The notes beneath the pieces were generated by a model, which saw only the letters and a program-made list of their open reading frames with translations, was not told the DNA's origin and did not search any database. From positions 1 through 35,471 of the forward strand of contig JAHFCZ010000005.1 in the NCBI GenBank assembly GCA_023249285.1: a stretch of DNA of 35,471 nucleotides, in the 5' to 3' direction. Origin of the DNA: a bacterium. GTDB taxonomy: Bacteria > Margulisbacteria > Marinamargulisbacteria > SXXA01 > JAHFDB01. Each line of letters begins with the position of its first letter. The first letter of the stretch is position 1. Below are positions 9,858 to 19,296 of this stretch, in pieces. A program made the translations under genes and the position numbers.

Positions 9858-10983
9858 GGGTCAAAAATCTACAAAGTCGCTCTTTAACTTGATAAGGCTT
9901 ACTCTTGGGGCGACCTAGGGTGGAGATAGAGCCCTTGGCAATTTTTAGAACCAAACAGGTCAGCTGTGGAAAGCTAAACCACTGCAGAATTTCATCAGTA
10001 AGCGCTTCCAGTGTAGAGACTCCCACACAACGGGGATAGCCAACAGCCGCTCCAATCTGGGTGAAATTTACATTATGAGATACCGTAAACTGCCCACCCG
10101 TCGAATCATGTGTATTATTATCCAGCACTATATGGAGTAAATTTGGGGGATGGTAGGCCGCATTTGTTGCCATCACACCCAAGCGCATTAACAAGGCGCC
10201 ATCCCCATCAATAGTAATGACTTGGCACGTGGGCTTGCTCATCGCAATGCCCATTCCGACTGCACTCACACAGCCCATCGAGCCTACCATATACAAATGC
10301 TGTTCAGAATCTTCTATCGTATAAAGTTCCCGCCCGGTCTTCCCCGTGGTGGCTACGATCACGGTAGACTTGGTTTTAAGCTGATTAATACATGTTAGAG
10401 AGTCATACCTGGTGGGGAACGCATCCGGAGCTGATGAGTGAAAAATAGTCGTTGAGAGTGCTTGAGGCAGGGATTGGGCTTGCAAGGTGGTTTTTAAAAA
10501 GGTGTCCTTTTTTACGACGAAAAAGAAGGGTGTATTTTGATCCAAAACTGCACACGCCCGGTCCAATTGATCCGCAATTTCTTCCATAGACAGGGATAGA
10601 AACTCCCATTTAACCTGCATTAAATCCAGCATTTGAGGGGTAATCTGGCCCATCAGTTCATGCTGGGGCTCATCCGAAATTCCTGGCTCCCCGCGAAAAC
10701 TCACGAATCCTAAAACGGGGATTCGAAAATTATAATTTAAAGAAGTAAGCGGGGAGACGGCATTTGTAAGTCCTGAGTTTTGCATCAAGACCACCGTTTT
10801 TTTGCCCCCAATGTGAGCGCCTGCTGCCAAGGCAACCGCATCCCCCTCGTTAGTCGCCATAACATACATCCCATTATTGAGTGTGTCATTAATCAATGGC
10901 TCAAGGTGAGAACAGGGAACTCCCGTAAAAAAATTAAACCCACGCTCCCGTAATGCTATCCCAAAAAGCGCTGTATCAATCAT
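9847..10983 (-). CDS. aepY: Phosphonopyruvate decarboxylase
   Basis: [53 protein letters not shown], ThDP motif DGDGALLM...[11 protein letters not shown]. Confidence 0.95.
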   Translation of the reverse strand: MIDTALFGIALRERGFNFFTGVPCSHLEPLINDTLNNGMYVMATNEGDAVALAAGAHIGGKKTVVLMQNSGLTNAVSPLTSLNYNFRIPVLGFVSFRGEPGISDEPQHELMGQITPQMLDLMQVKWEFLSLSMEEIADQLDRACAVLDQNTPFFFVVKKDTFLKTTLQAQSLPQALSTTIFHSSAPDAFPTRYDSLTCINQLKTKSTVIVATTGKTGRELYTIEDSEQHLYMVGSMGCVSAVGMGIAMSKPTCQVITIDGDGALLMRLGVMATNAAYHPPNLLHIVLDNNTHDSTGGQFTVSHNVNFTQIGAAVGYPRCVGVSTLEALTDEILQWFSFPQLTCLVLKIAKGSISTLGRPKSKPYQVKERLCRFLTHVD

Positions 10984-12584
10984 GCAAGATTGCCTGCGAG
11001 CTGGAGATCCATAATGGTATCAATATCCATCCATCCACCCTTCACATATCGAACAGCAACGGGGGAATGGGGGATGATTTCCATTAATAAATCTTGCATG
11101 CGAAGACGTGAAAAATCTGGACGCCGGGACAGCTCCTCCAGAACCATTGATACAATTTCAGCTCCCTTGGGAGAGAGTTTCCACAAGCCGATAAATTCAC
11201 CACAGTAGCCCATCGCGGGGAATTGGTGGGTAACCTGAATTAATTCTGCGCTACCCAAGAAAAAGTTTTTGGAATTTTCACGCGAGGCGACCACGTAATC
11301 AGCATACCCTGATTTCTGACCGCTATCCGAGTCGACGACAATCGTAATATCATTTTGATCAATTAAGAGTTCGTGCAAAATATAGGGCTTAAAGACAATA
11401 TCTCCATAGCTAATTAACGTATCAGAAGTGATTCGTTTTTTAGCTAAAAATAATGAGGCGACTTCTTGAGTCGTAGAAAAGTCATCATTGTCGAGAGTAG
11501 AGATATTAGGAAGTCTAATTTTGTCTTTAGCAAAGCCCCGCACGACAGTAATCATTTTGATGCCGGCCTGATTCATTTCCTGAATTTGGGTTTCTAAGAT
11601 TGATTTGCCATGAATTTGTAAAAGCGTTTTTGGAATATCAGTCGTCAACGTGCCCAATTCTTTACCCTGAGAGGCGGCTAAAATTAAAGCCTGAATTTGT
11701 TTGCCAGAAGTGGGGAGGTATCGTTTTTCAGCATCTTTAAGTTCATCGGCGCTTTGGAGTCGAAATACTTCTGCCACACTGACGATTGTGCCCTCAACAT
11801 TGATCAGAGATTCGTCCTGAAAGATCGTCCTAGAGGTCTCTTGGATGGCTTTAATCGATGCACGAATATTATGATTAGCCCAAATAGCCACGCTAATCCC
11901 TTGCTGTCTGAAATAATCGGTCGGGGTGGAATAGTATTTGGTAGGCACAATGATAATTGGAATACGCTTATCCCACTGAGACATAAAAAGATCTATATCG
12001 CTGGGGTCAGATTTTTTACTATGGACTAATAAGGCATCTGCGCCTGCTTCAGCGTAGGCGTACGCACGTCGCAAAGCCTCATCAACACCCCATCCAGCGA
12101 TAAAGGCTTCGAGTCTAGCCACCACACAAAAATCAGCCTCTTTCTGATGGTCTTTAGCCGCTTTGATTTTTCCACAAAACTCATTCATATCGGCCAGAGG
12201 CTGAGATTCACCCAAAATAAACGAATTGGTTTTTGGGAATAGTTTGTCTTCCAAACATACCCCCGCCACACCACGTTGTTCAAGTTTGTGGATTAAACGA
12301 CGGACATTATTAAAATTGCCATACCCAGTATCTCCGTCCAGCAAAATCGGGATTGAGGTTGCGTCACACATAAATTCCACGACGTCCAAGACTTGAGTCC
12401 AAGAGGCTTCATTGTTGTCACGAACGCCCAAGGAGGCCGAAATAGAAAGTCCGCTGGCCCATATCCCTTTGAATCCAGATTCCTCCACAATTTTGGCAGA
12501 CAAGCCACTATGCGCTTCCATCAGGAACTCTAGTGAATCAGACGTAATCAAATGGCGAAGTTGCTTGGCCTTAGAAAGAGTCAT
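10980..12584 (-). CDS. aepX: Phosphoenolpyruvate mutase fused to a C-terminal NTP-transferase (PntC-like) domain
   Basis: PepM-diagnostic EDKxxxxxNS ([10 protein letters not shown]), [17 protein letters not shown]. After ~aa 295: [12 protein letters not shown]...IPKTLL...SYGDI...WMDID. Confidence 0.96.
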   Translation of the reverse strand: MTLSKAKQLRHLITSDSLEFLMEAHSGLSAKIVEESGFKGIWASGLSISASLGVRDNNEASWTQVLDVVEFMCDATSIPILLDGDTGYGNFNNVRRLIHKLEQRGVAGVCLEDKLFPKTNSFILGESQPLADMNEFCGKIKAAKDHQKEADFCVVARLEAFIAGWGVDEALRRAYAYAEAGADALLVHSKKSDPSDIDLFMSQWDKRIPIIIVPTKYYSTPTDYFRQQGISVAIWANHNIRASIKAIQETSRTIFQDESLINVEGTIVSVAEVFRLQSADELKDAEKRYLPTSGKQIQALILAASQGKELGTLTTDIPKTLLQIHGKSILETQIQEMNQAGIKMITVVRGFAKDKIRLPNISTLDNDDFSTTQEVASLFLAKKRITSDTLISYGDIVFKPYILHELLIDQNDITIVVDSDSGQKSGYADYVVASRENSKNFFLGSAELIQVTHQFPAMGYCGEFIGLWKLSPKGAEIVSMVLEELSRRPDFSRLRMQDLLMEIIPHSPVAVRYVKGGWMDIDTIMDLQLAGNLA

Positions 12585-12593
12585 ATCAGAATT

Positions 12594-14414
12594 TTACCTT
12601 ATTTTTGGGCCGGGGGCCATGTTGACATCCAAGAATTTCAACAACAATTGGATCATTTTTTCTGGGGCTCCTAAGTTAGTCGACAAAAATATATGCCGTG
12701 CTCTCTGAACATCTGGCCTCTGCCACCAGGATAGAGGATCCTCTATAATGGATTCCAAAAATTGGGCTGCGCCCTTGGAATCCGTGTGACAAATCCCCAC
12801 TTTGATTAATTCATCATAGAAATCTATATATTCAGGAGCCAGTTGATATGCAGCTTTATCGAAAAAAAAGAGCATCGGAATATTCATCGCCAATGTTTCT
12901 AGGTAAGAGGTTGAGATATAGGTAGAAACAACTATTTTGCTTCGACACATCATTTTTTTACAAGATTGAGAGAAATCATCTTGTTTCAACCGGGACAGTG
13001 CCCCCCCTAAATAGCGGTCCAAGTCATACTTCATCCATCCTTGAGCACAATGGGGAGGATAGTCTCGATACAAGATCCTAGAAATCGTGTTGCTTGAAAG
13101 GGTCTCAAAAAAATCTTTATGAAACTGGATATGACGAATAGCATCCTCCCCATTTATTCCATACGACCCCGAATAGAAATCTCGCTTTACAAGTCCTGGG
13201 GCCCCAATAACGAGCACTTCGATATCTTGGGGAACATTTTCTTGAATTTCTAAGCCAAAAAGAGAAGCCCCACCCACAAGATTTTGGAATTTGGGGTCTG
13301 ACCATCCCATAGATACAAAAATATCCGATAATTTTGCAATAAGTGGATTATGGTTACCCAAGAATTGGTGAGAGAGGTAATTATGCTCGTTACAAATGTG
13401 AATGATACCGCGCTTCTGGGCAATTACAATTGCACAACTGATCTCAGAAGAAGTAATCCAGGCTTCGGATACTAGATGAGTTAAGGATGGGTAGTGGTCC
13501 CAATACTGGGAAAATATTTCTTCCATTTGCTCAAATGCTTCTAGCAACGTTATCGGCCATAAGTATTTCAACAACGCTCCCATAAATTGATCCATTCTAT
13601 CGCCTTTTGCTAATTCCGGAATTTCTCTCCAGACCATGTTTGGAGGAAGAAGTATTTCATACGGAGGGATAGTGATCGATTGAATTTTTCCCTTACTTTT
13701 CTCGCTTAATTCCATCAAATATTGGGAGTGAAAATAAGCATAAAACACACCCAATTTTGGAGCTGCAAATTTTTCATAATATTTCATGCGAAAGAACCCC
13801 ATGGAGAATTTTCTTCTCAGCTTTTGCAACCAAGTAGAAGAAGATTTTGGCGGAGGATCTAGCAGGGTTGGCGGTGGCTGTGTCGCCCAAAAGAGTGGCC
13901 AGCCAGCTTCAGGATAAAACTGCTCTATATAGATGCTCAAGAGTTGTTCCTGCCCGAGCTCATCGTGTTGAAGAAAACGAGTCGCTTCTTCCAAACTCTT
14001 GGGAATCACAAAAGCTTTTGGGTCTAATCGCTCGCCATACTGGTTTGCGATCTTGATATTTTCCTCAAAAATACAGAACGCCTCATAGGCAAGTGTCACC
14101 AATCGTTTAAAACTAAGACACATGCATTTTTGCCAAAAATGAACGGGATAATTTTTCCCTAAGGTATGATTAAGCCAGCGGGATAAAATTTCCACATACC
14201 GATTATATCGGGAATCTAGTTGATTCTGAAAATCAGCCAGATCTGATGGGGTTTGTCTTAAAAAATGAGCTACGCGAACCCGTTTCCCAAAGAATAAGTC
14301 CTTATCATGTAGGTAAGGCTCCAAAAGTAAAAACTCGGACCCGAATTTCGATCTAATCCCAGCCCTCATTGCCGAAGGGATGACTACCTCGCGTGGAGCA
14401 GTGGATCCGACCAT
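12594..14414 (-). CDS. Putative surface-glycan transferase, resembling the LIC12162 family
   Basis: 606-aa ORF with ICNEHN, FVSMGW, STYISTSYLETLAMNIPMLFF, LIKVGICH, WWQ; family resemblance is from recall and context only. Confidence 0.6.
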   Translation of the reverse strand: MVGSTAPREVVIPSAMRAGIRSKFGSEFLLLEPYLHDKDLFFGKRVRVAHFLRQTPSDLADFQNQLDSRYNRYVEILSRWLNHTLGKNYPVHFWQKCMCLSFKRLVTLAYEAFCIFEENIKIANQYGERLDPKAFVIPKSLEEATRFLQHDELGQEQLLSIYIEQFYPEAGWPLFWATQPPPTLLDPPPKSSSTWLQKLRRKFSMGFFRMKYYEKFAAPKLGVFYAYFHSQYLMELSEKSKGKIQSITIPPYEILLPPNMVWREIPELAKGDRMDQFMGALLKYLWPITLLEAFEQMEEIFSQYWDHYPSLTHLVSEAWITSSEISCAIVIAQKRGIIHICNEHNYLSHQFLGNHNPLIAKLSDIFVSMGWSDPKFQNLVGGASLFGLEIQENVPQDIEVLVIGAPGLVKRDFYSGSYGINGEDAIRHIQFHKDFFETLSSNTISRILYRDYPPHCAQGWMKYDLDRYLGGALSRLKQDDFSQSCKKMMCRSKIVVSTYISTSYLETLAMNIPMLFFFDKAAYQLAPEYIDFYDELIKVGICHTDSKGAAQFLESIIEDPLSWWQRPDVQRARHIFLSTNLGAPEKMIQLLLKFLDVNMAPGPKIR

Positions 14415-14416
14415 AG

Positions 14417-15400
14417 CTATGTCAATTTTCGAAAGGTGATGCGGATATGGTTGCTTAAGTGATTTTTATCCAGTGACGCTTGCAAGTAAGGGATCATCTC
14501 TTTCAAATTCTCATTATAATCGATTTTATCCTCGTACGATTTCATCGATAAATAATCCATGACATCCCATCCATAGTAATCAATGTTAACTACCTCAAAC
14601 CCACTTTTCTTTGCCAAAAATTCAGCAGATTTTGCATCAAAAAAGCCGAGGTGTTCAAATGGCAATAGCGTATTTTGCAGGCCTTCCTGGAGAAGAAAGG
14701 CAAGAGAATGGACGTGGGGGGTATACGCAACAATGTACCCTTTTGAATTTAATTTTTGATAGGCCTCTTGAAAAAATGCGATCGGATCAGCCAAGTGCTC
14801 CAATACATCAAACATAGTCATGACATCCGAGTGAAATGTAAGTTCTTCCAATCTCTTTTTCTCAACATTTAAGCCGTTGTTTTGGCACAGTTTTACCAGA
14901 AAGTCCGTCAATTCTATACCTAAAGCGTTGACTCCTGAGTCCTTTGCACATTGTATAAAATAACCGGGGCCACATCCAATATCTAATAACGTTGCTTTTG
15001 TCCAATCTATTGGAGCCATCTTTTGAACATATTTTAACCGTTCAGAACCAAATTTTTCTTTTCGATATGCGTAGGTTTCCAAGATTTCTCTCTTCAATGT
15101 TTCTTCATACAATGCATTGTCATACATCGCGATATTTTGATCATTTTCTATTGAAATGTTAGGAAAAACCAACCCACAATTATGACATTCATACAAGGGG
15201 TACCCCTTGTATTCTAAAAATAATTTAGATTCACTTTCTTTACACAAAATACATTTGACCTGATCACGACGTTTGACCAAGCTGATGCGTTGTGGCCACA
15301 TCTCCGCACGCTCTCTCAACATTTCTGCAAAAAAATTTTTGCTCCGCAATTTCGACGGATCAATTGAAAATAGAGTGTATCCTTGAAAAATATCTCTCAA
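14417..15400 (-). CDS. Class I SAM-dependent methyltransferase with N-terminal Zn-finger
   Basis: CILC...CHNC, LLDIGCGPGYF, MFDVLEHL, EHLGFF; TTG start with AAGG upstream. Confidence 0.9.
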   Translation of the reverse strand: MRDIFQGYTLFSIDPSKLRSKNFFAEMLRERAEMWPQRISLVKRRDQVKCILCKESESKLFLEYKGYPLYECHNCGLVFPNISIENDQNIAMYDNALYEETLKREILETYAYRKEKFGSERLKYVQKMAPIDWTKATLLDIGCGPGYFIQCAKDSGVNALGIELTDFLVKLCQNNGLNVEKKRLEELTFHSDVMTMFDVLEHLADPIAFFQEAYQKLNSKGYIVAYTPHVHSLAFLLQEGLQNTLLPFEHLGFFDAKSAEFLAKKSGFEVVNIDYYGWDVMDYLSMKSYEDKIDYNENLKEMIPYLQASLDKNHLSNHIRITFRKLT

Positions 15401-15413
15401 TCGCTGGACCTTT

Positions 15414-16262
15414 TTAGACAGACTTAGTTAATTTTTGAGCGGTAAATACCTCTTCGTAAAATTCACGAGGAGAAACCCCATGCTTGAAAGCGATTTCGGG
15501 AGCATAAAACGTGGGATTTGAGATGTCATGGTACATCCCAACAAGGCTAAATCGGGTTTCTTTTGAAGAATTCTGACCACTTCGATGAAATAGACGACTG
15601 CTAAAAATTAAAAGTTGCCCCAACTGCATTTCACAAGAAATCTGGGGGTATTTTTCCACTAGCCTGTCCTCGACGATAATCTGGGTGGCCCTTCCCGGTA
15701 TTTCATTCCACGACTGATCAGCAATCCCTTCTTTTTGGCTCCCGGGACAAACCTCTATGGTCCCGTTTTGGATCGTCGTGTTCCGGATGAGTGGAGCCCA
15801 GGTTTGCAAGAAATTACTTTTTGGTATGGTGTAAAATACCTCTTGGTGCCAGCCATAGGTCCGTCGGGTGTCAGAGGGCATATCAATTCGACACCTACAG
15901 GTGTAGGTGTATAGTGGATTACTGGACTCCTTTTCAAGCAAGCCATTGATCACATCGGAAGTTTCTTTCTTGGAAATGATTCTTAAAAATTCTGGGATCT
16001 GAGCCGTGGTGTCATAAATTTGTGCTACATATTTATGGTCAACTGATTCGATTTCAAATAATGTTTGATCAAAAATGGCCCCGAGTTCTTGAGGTACAGT
16101 TATCCTTTTTGCGGTTTCAGAATAGATACGCTCGACAGTAGATCGGATAATATCTGCATAAGCCAGGGTAAAATCGTTTAATTCTGTTTTTGAGTAAAAA
16201 TTATCGATGATGAGGTATCCATTTTTCTCAAAAAAGGATTTCTGATCCGAAGTAACTTGCAT
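15414..16262 (-). CDS. Phytanoyl-CoA dioxygenase (PhyH) family Fe(II)/2OG dioxygenase
   Basis: FFEKNGYLII, YGWHQE (HxE), WAPL, NGTIEVCPGSQ, LFHRSGQNSSKETR. ATG 16262 has GGAG upstream (track start 16277). Confidence 0.88.
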   Translation of the reverse strand: MQVTSDQKSFFEKNGYLIIDNFYSKTELNDFTLAYADIIRSTVERIYSETAKRITVPQELGAIFDQTLFEIESVDHKYVAQIYDTTAQIPEFLRIISKKETSDVINGLLEKESSNPLYTYTCRCRIDMPSDTRRTYGWHQEVFYTIPKSNFLQTWAPLIRNTTIQNGTIEVCPGSQKEGIADQSWNEIPGRATQIIVEDRLVEKYPQISCEMQLGQLLIFSSRLFHRSGQNSSKETRFSLVGMYHDISNPTFYAPEIAFKHGVSPREFYEEVFTAQKLTKSV

Positions 16263-16298
16263 AAGCACTCTCCACACATTTCCTGAAAGATACCCCTG

Positions 16299-16350
16299 AA
16301 TATATCAGTCCTTTAGGTGTTTTGCAAAAGCAAGTGCTCTCAATTATAAT
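16299..16350. promoter_or_regulatory. Back-to-back sigma70 promoters sharing one palindromic -35
   Basis: Plus: TTGCAA 16322-16327, 17 nt, TATAAT 16345-16350. Minus: the same TTGCAA, 17 nt, TATATT 16304-16299 with an extended TGn. Confidence 0.7.
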
Positions 16351-16367
16351 CTCCATTGAGGTAAATT

Positions 16368-17405
16368 ATGTCCCCCCACCCCTTTAATGTAGGCCCTTTT
16401 CAGGTTGGCCCTGATTATGAACCATTGGTGATAGCTGAAATCGGAATCAACCATGAAGGTTCTTTTTCCAAAGCTATCCAAATGATTGATGATGCGACGC
16501 AGGCGGGCTGTCAGTGTGTCAAATTTCAATCGCATGTTATCGATGACGAGATGATCCCGAATAACGTCATTCCAGGCAATGCAACCGAGTCCATTTGGTC
16601 CATTATGGATCGATGCAAATTTTCTGAAAGTGAAGAAATTGCACTCAAAAAATATTCGGAAGACAAGGGGCTCCTTTTTTTGTCCACTCCATTTTCAAGG
16701 GCAGCGGCAGATCGCTTGCACAAAATGGACATGGCTGCCTACAAAATTGGTTCAGGAGAATGCAACAACTACCCTCTGATTAAGCATATTGCCGGATTTG
16801 GAAAGCCCGTAATTTTGAGCACTGGAATGAACGACATTGTGTCTGTGGCACCTTCTGTGGAGATTTTGCGTGCCGCCAAGGTCCCCTTTGCACTGATGCA
16901 TTGTACCTCTATGTACCCAACGCCCTATACCAAGGTCCGACTGGGAGCCCTTGCAGATCTACAAACTGCCTTTCCTGACGCTGTCTTGGGACTCAGCGAT
17001 CATTCTCTGGGAAATTATACGTGCTTTGCTGCTGTGGCCTTGGGTGCCCGCATTTTAGAAAAACATTTTACCTCGGATAAAACCTGGCCCGGACCCGATG
17101 TCTCGATCTCCATTGATCCTCAGGAACTTTCTGATTTAGTACAGGGATCTTCGGCGATTTATCATGCTTTGGGGGGTGGGAAAACTATTTTGCCAGAAGA
17201 GCAGCCCACTATCGATTTCGCCTATGCTTGTGTCGTTACTATTGCACCGATCCAACGCGGGGAACTTTTTACACCTCAAAATATTTGGGTCAAGCGACCC
17301 GGAACAGGGGCGGTGAAAGCGGTGCACTTTGAGTCTATTTTGGGAAAAATTGCACAGCAAGACCTTCCTGTTAATGTGCAGCTTGCTTTCGAGGATTATG
17401 CTTAG
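16368..17405 (+). CDS. neuB: N-acetylneuraminate synthase
   Basis: PLVIAEIGINHEGS, VKFQSH, YKIGSGECNNYPL, GLSDHS, LEKHFT, C-terminal SAF domain WVKRPGTG; GAGGT RBS. Confidence 0.95.
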   Translation: MSPHPFNVGPFQVGPDYEPLVIAEIGINHEGSFSKAIQMIDDATQAGCQCVKFQSHVIDDEMIPNNVIPGNATESIWSIMDRCKFSESEEIALKKYSEDKGLLFLSTPFSRAAADRLHKMDMAAYKIGSGECNNYPLIKHIAGFGKPVILSTGMNDIVSVAPSVEILRAAKVPFALMHCTSMYPTPYTKVRLGALADLQTAFPDAVLGLSDHSLGNYTCFAAVALGARILEKHFTSDKTWPGPDVSISIDPQELSDLVQGSSAIYHALGGGKTILPEEQPTIDFAYACVVTIAPIQRGELFTPQNIWVKRPGTGAVKAVHFESILGKIAQQDLPVNVQLAFEDYA

Positions 17406-18548
17406 ATGGACAAAAAAAAAGTCGTATTTCTGACCGGAACACGAGCAGATTTTGGTAAATTAAAACCTCTCATCGAGATTGTGCATCATAATCTTGTTTA
17501 TGACGTCCATCTGTTTGCCACGGGTATGCACATGAGTAAAAAATATGGCCTCACAGTTGATGAAATTGTGCGATGTGGGTATAGCAATATTTATCGCTAT
17601 ATTAACCACCATGACTCGGATACCATGGATATCGTCTTGGCGAAGACTGTCAGTGGATTTTCGGACTATATTAAAGAGATTAAACCCGATTTGATTGTGG
17701 TCCACGGCGATCGCGTGGAAGCTTTGGCCGGTTCCATTACCGGTGCGCTTAACAATATTTTGGTTGGCCATATCGAAGGCGGTGAAGTCTCTGGCACCAT
17801 TGATGAATTGATCCGCCATTCCGTGAGTAAGATGAGCCACGTTCATTTTGTTGCCAATGAGGGGGCAAGACGTCGGCTAGTACAAATGGGAGAGGATCCT
17901 ACTTCAGTCTATGTCATTGGATCTCCAGATATTGATATTATGCAATCAGGAACACTTCCGACACTCGCCTCGGTTCAAGATCATTATGGGATTCCATTTT
18001 CAGACTATGGCATACTCTTATTTCACCCGGTGACTACCGAACAGGATTCACTGGGAGAATATGCCCAAAATTTGGTTGCAGCCACGATTGCCTCTCAGCT
18101 TAATTATGTGGTTATTTTTCCCAACAACGATTCAGGGACTCAATTGATTCTTGACGCATTTTCTCGATTTTCAGGATTACCACAGTTTAGAGTATTCCCT
18201 TCCATGCGATTTGAGAGCTTTTTGGTTTTAATGGAGCATGCCCAGCTGATTGTTGGGAATTCTAGTGCTGGCATCCGAGAGGCCCCTGTCTATGGCGTTC
18301 CAACTGTAAACATTGGGACTCGCCAAAATCGAAGAATCTCCGCGGACTCTATTATAGATTGCGATTACTCCAAAGAGGCGATTATTGATGCCATTTCTCG
18401 CGCCCAACATCTCATTCGAACGCCATGCAGCTACTTCGGTGACGGGAAGAGCGCCAGTCGTTTTGGAGAAATCTTGGCTACAAGTACTTTTTGGGAAATT
18501 CCAAAACAAAAATATTTTATTGATGTTGTCCCTAACGTGCATGGCTAA
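17406..18548 (+). CDS. neuC: UDP-N-acetylglucosamine 2-epimerase (hydrolysing)
   Basis: TGTRADFGKLK, TGMH, VHGDRVE, HIEGGEVSGTIDE, FHPVT, GNSSAGIREA, GTRQ. Confidence 0.95.
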   Translation: MDKKKVVFLTGTRADFGKLKPLIEIVHHNLVYDVHLFATGMHMSKKYGLTVDEIVRCGYSNIYRYINHHDSDTMDIVLAKTVSGFSDYIKEIKPDLIVVHGDRVEALAGSITGALNNILVGHIEGGEVSGTIDELIRHSVSKMSHVHFVANEGARRRLVQMGEDPTSVYVIGSPDIDIMQSGTLPTLASVQDHYGIPFSDYGILLFHPVTTEQDSLGEYAQNLVAATIASQLNYVVIFPNNDSGTQLILDAFSRFSGLPQFRVFPSMRFESFLVLMEHAQLIVGNSSAGIREAPVYGVPTVNIGTRQNRRISADSIIDCDYSKEAIIDAISRAQHLIRTPCSYFGDGKSASRFGEILATSTFWEIPKQKYFIDVVPNVHG

Positions 18549-19296
18549 AAAACGACTTATCGCGCGCATTGATGTCAAAAATGAGTATGCCATCAAAGGC
18601 ATTCAACTTGAAGGCTTGCGGAAAGTGGGGAATCCCAATGACCTATCTCAAAGGTATTACCGAAATGGGATAGATGAGATTTTATTTATGGATGCAGTGG
18701 CCAGCCTGTATGGTCGGAGTAATCTATTTGAGATTATTCGTCTCGCGGCACGCGAGGTTTTTGTCCCGATCACTTTGGGCGGAGGGATTCGCCTTGTCGA
18801 CGATATCGAAGCTGCGCTACACTCTGGCGCGGATAAGGTCACCCTCAATACTCAGGCCATCCGGACCCCTGATTTTATTTCTGAGGCCTCCAAAATTTTT
18901 GGATCTCAATGCATTCTTGGATCTATTGAAGCCAAACGAAAAGGAGGCTCTTGGGAGGCCTATTGTGATACCGGCCGCAATGAAACCGGGCTGGATGCCA
19001 TTGAATGGGCCAAACGTCTAGAAGGACTGGGAGTCGGAGAAATTATTGTGACCTCCATCGATCAGGAAGGGACTAAAAAGGGGTTTGATATCCCTCTCGT
19101 TAAGGCGATCTGCGATGCGGTCTCAGTCCCAGTGATCGCTTGTGGTGGAGCTGGAACTCCAGCGCATATTTTGGATCTGTTTCAAAAAACAACCGTAGAT
19201 GCCGTTGCCATTGCCTCTATTCTTCACTATAACCTTTTCAGCATTGAAGCTCTCAAGTCCTTTCTTTTGTTACAGAATATTCAGGTTCGTGTATGA
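18541..19296 (+). CDS. HisF-like subunit of an acetamidino-sugar modification system (WbuZ/AglZ-like)
   Basis: MAKKRLIARIDVK, KGIQLEGLRKVG, DAVASLYGR, GGGIR, TSIDQEGT. Real start ATG 18541; glycan rather than his context. Confidence 0.88.
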   Translation: MAKKRLIARIDVKNEYAIKGIQLEGLRKVGNPNDLSQRYYRNGIDEILFMDAVASLYGRSNLFEIIRLAAREVFVPITLGGGIRLVDDIEAALHSGADKVTLNTQAIRTPDFISEASKIFGSQCILGSIEAKRKGGSWEAYCDTGRNETGLDAIEWAKRLEGLGVGEIIVTSIDQEGTKKGFDIPLVKAICDAVSVPVIACGGAGTPAHILDLFQKTTVDAVAIASILHYNLFSIEALKSFLLLQNIQVRV

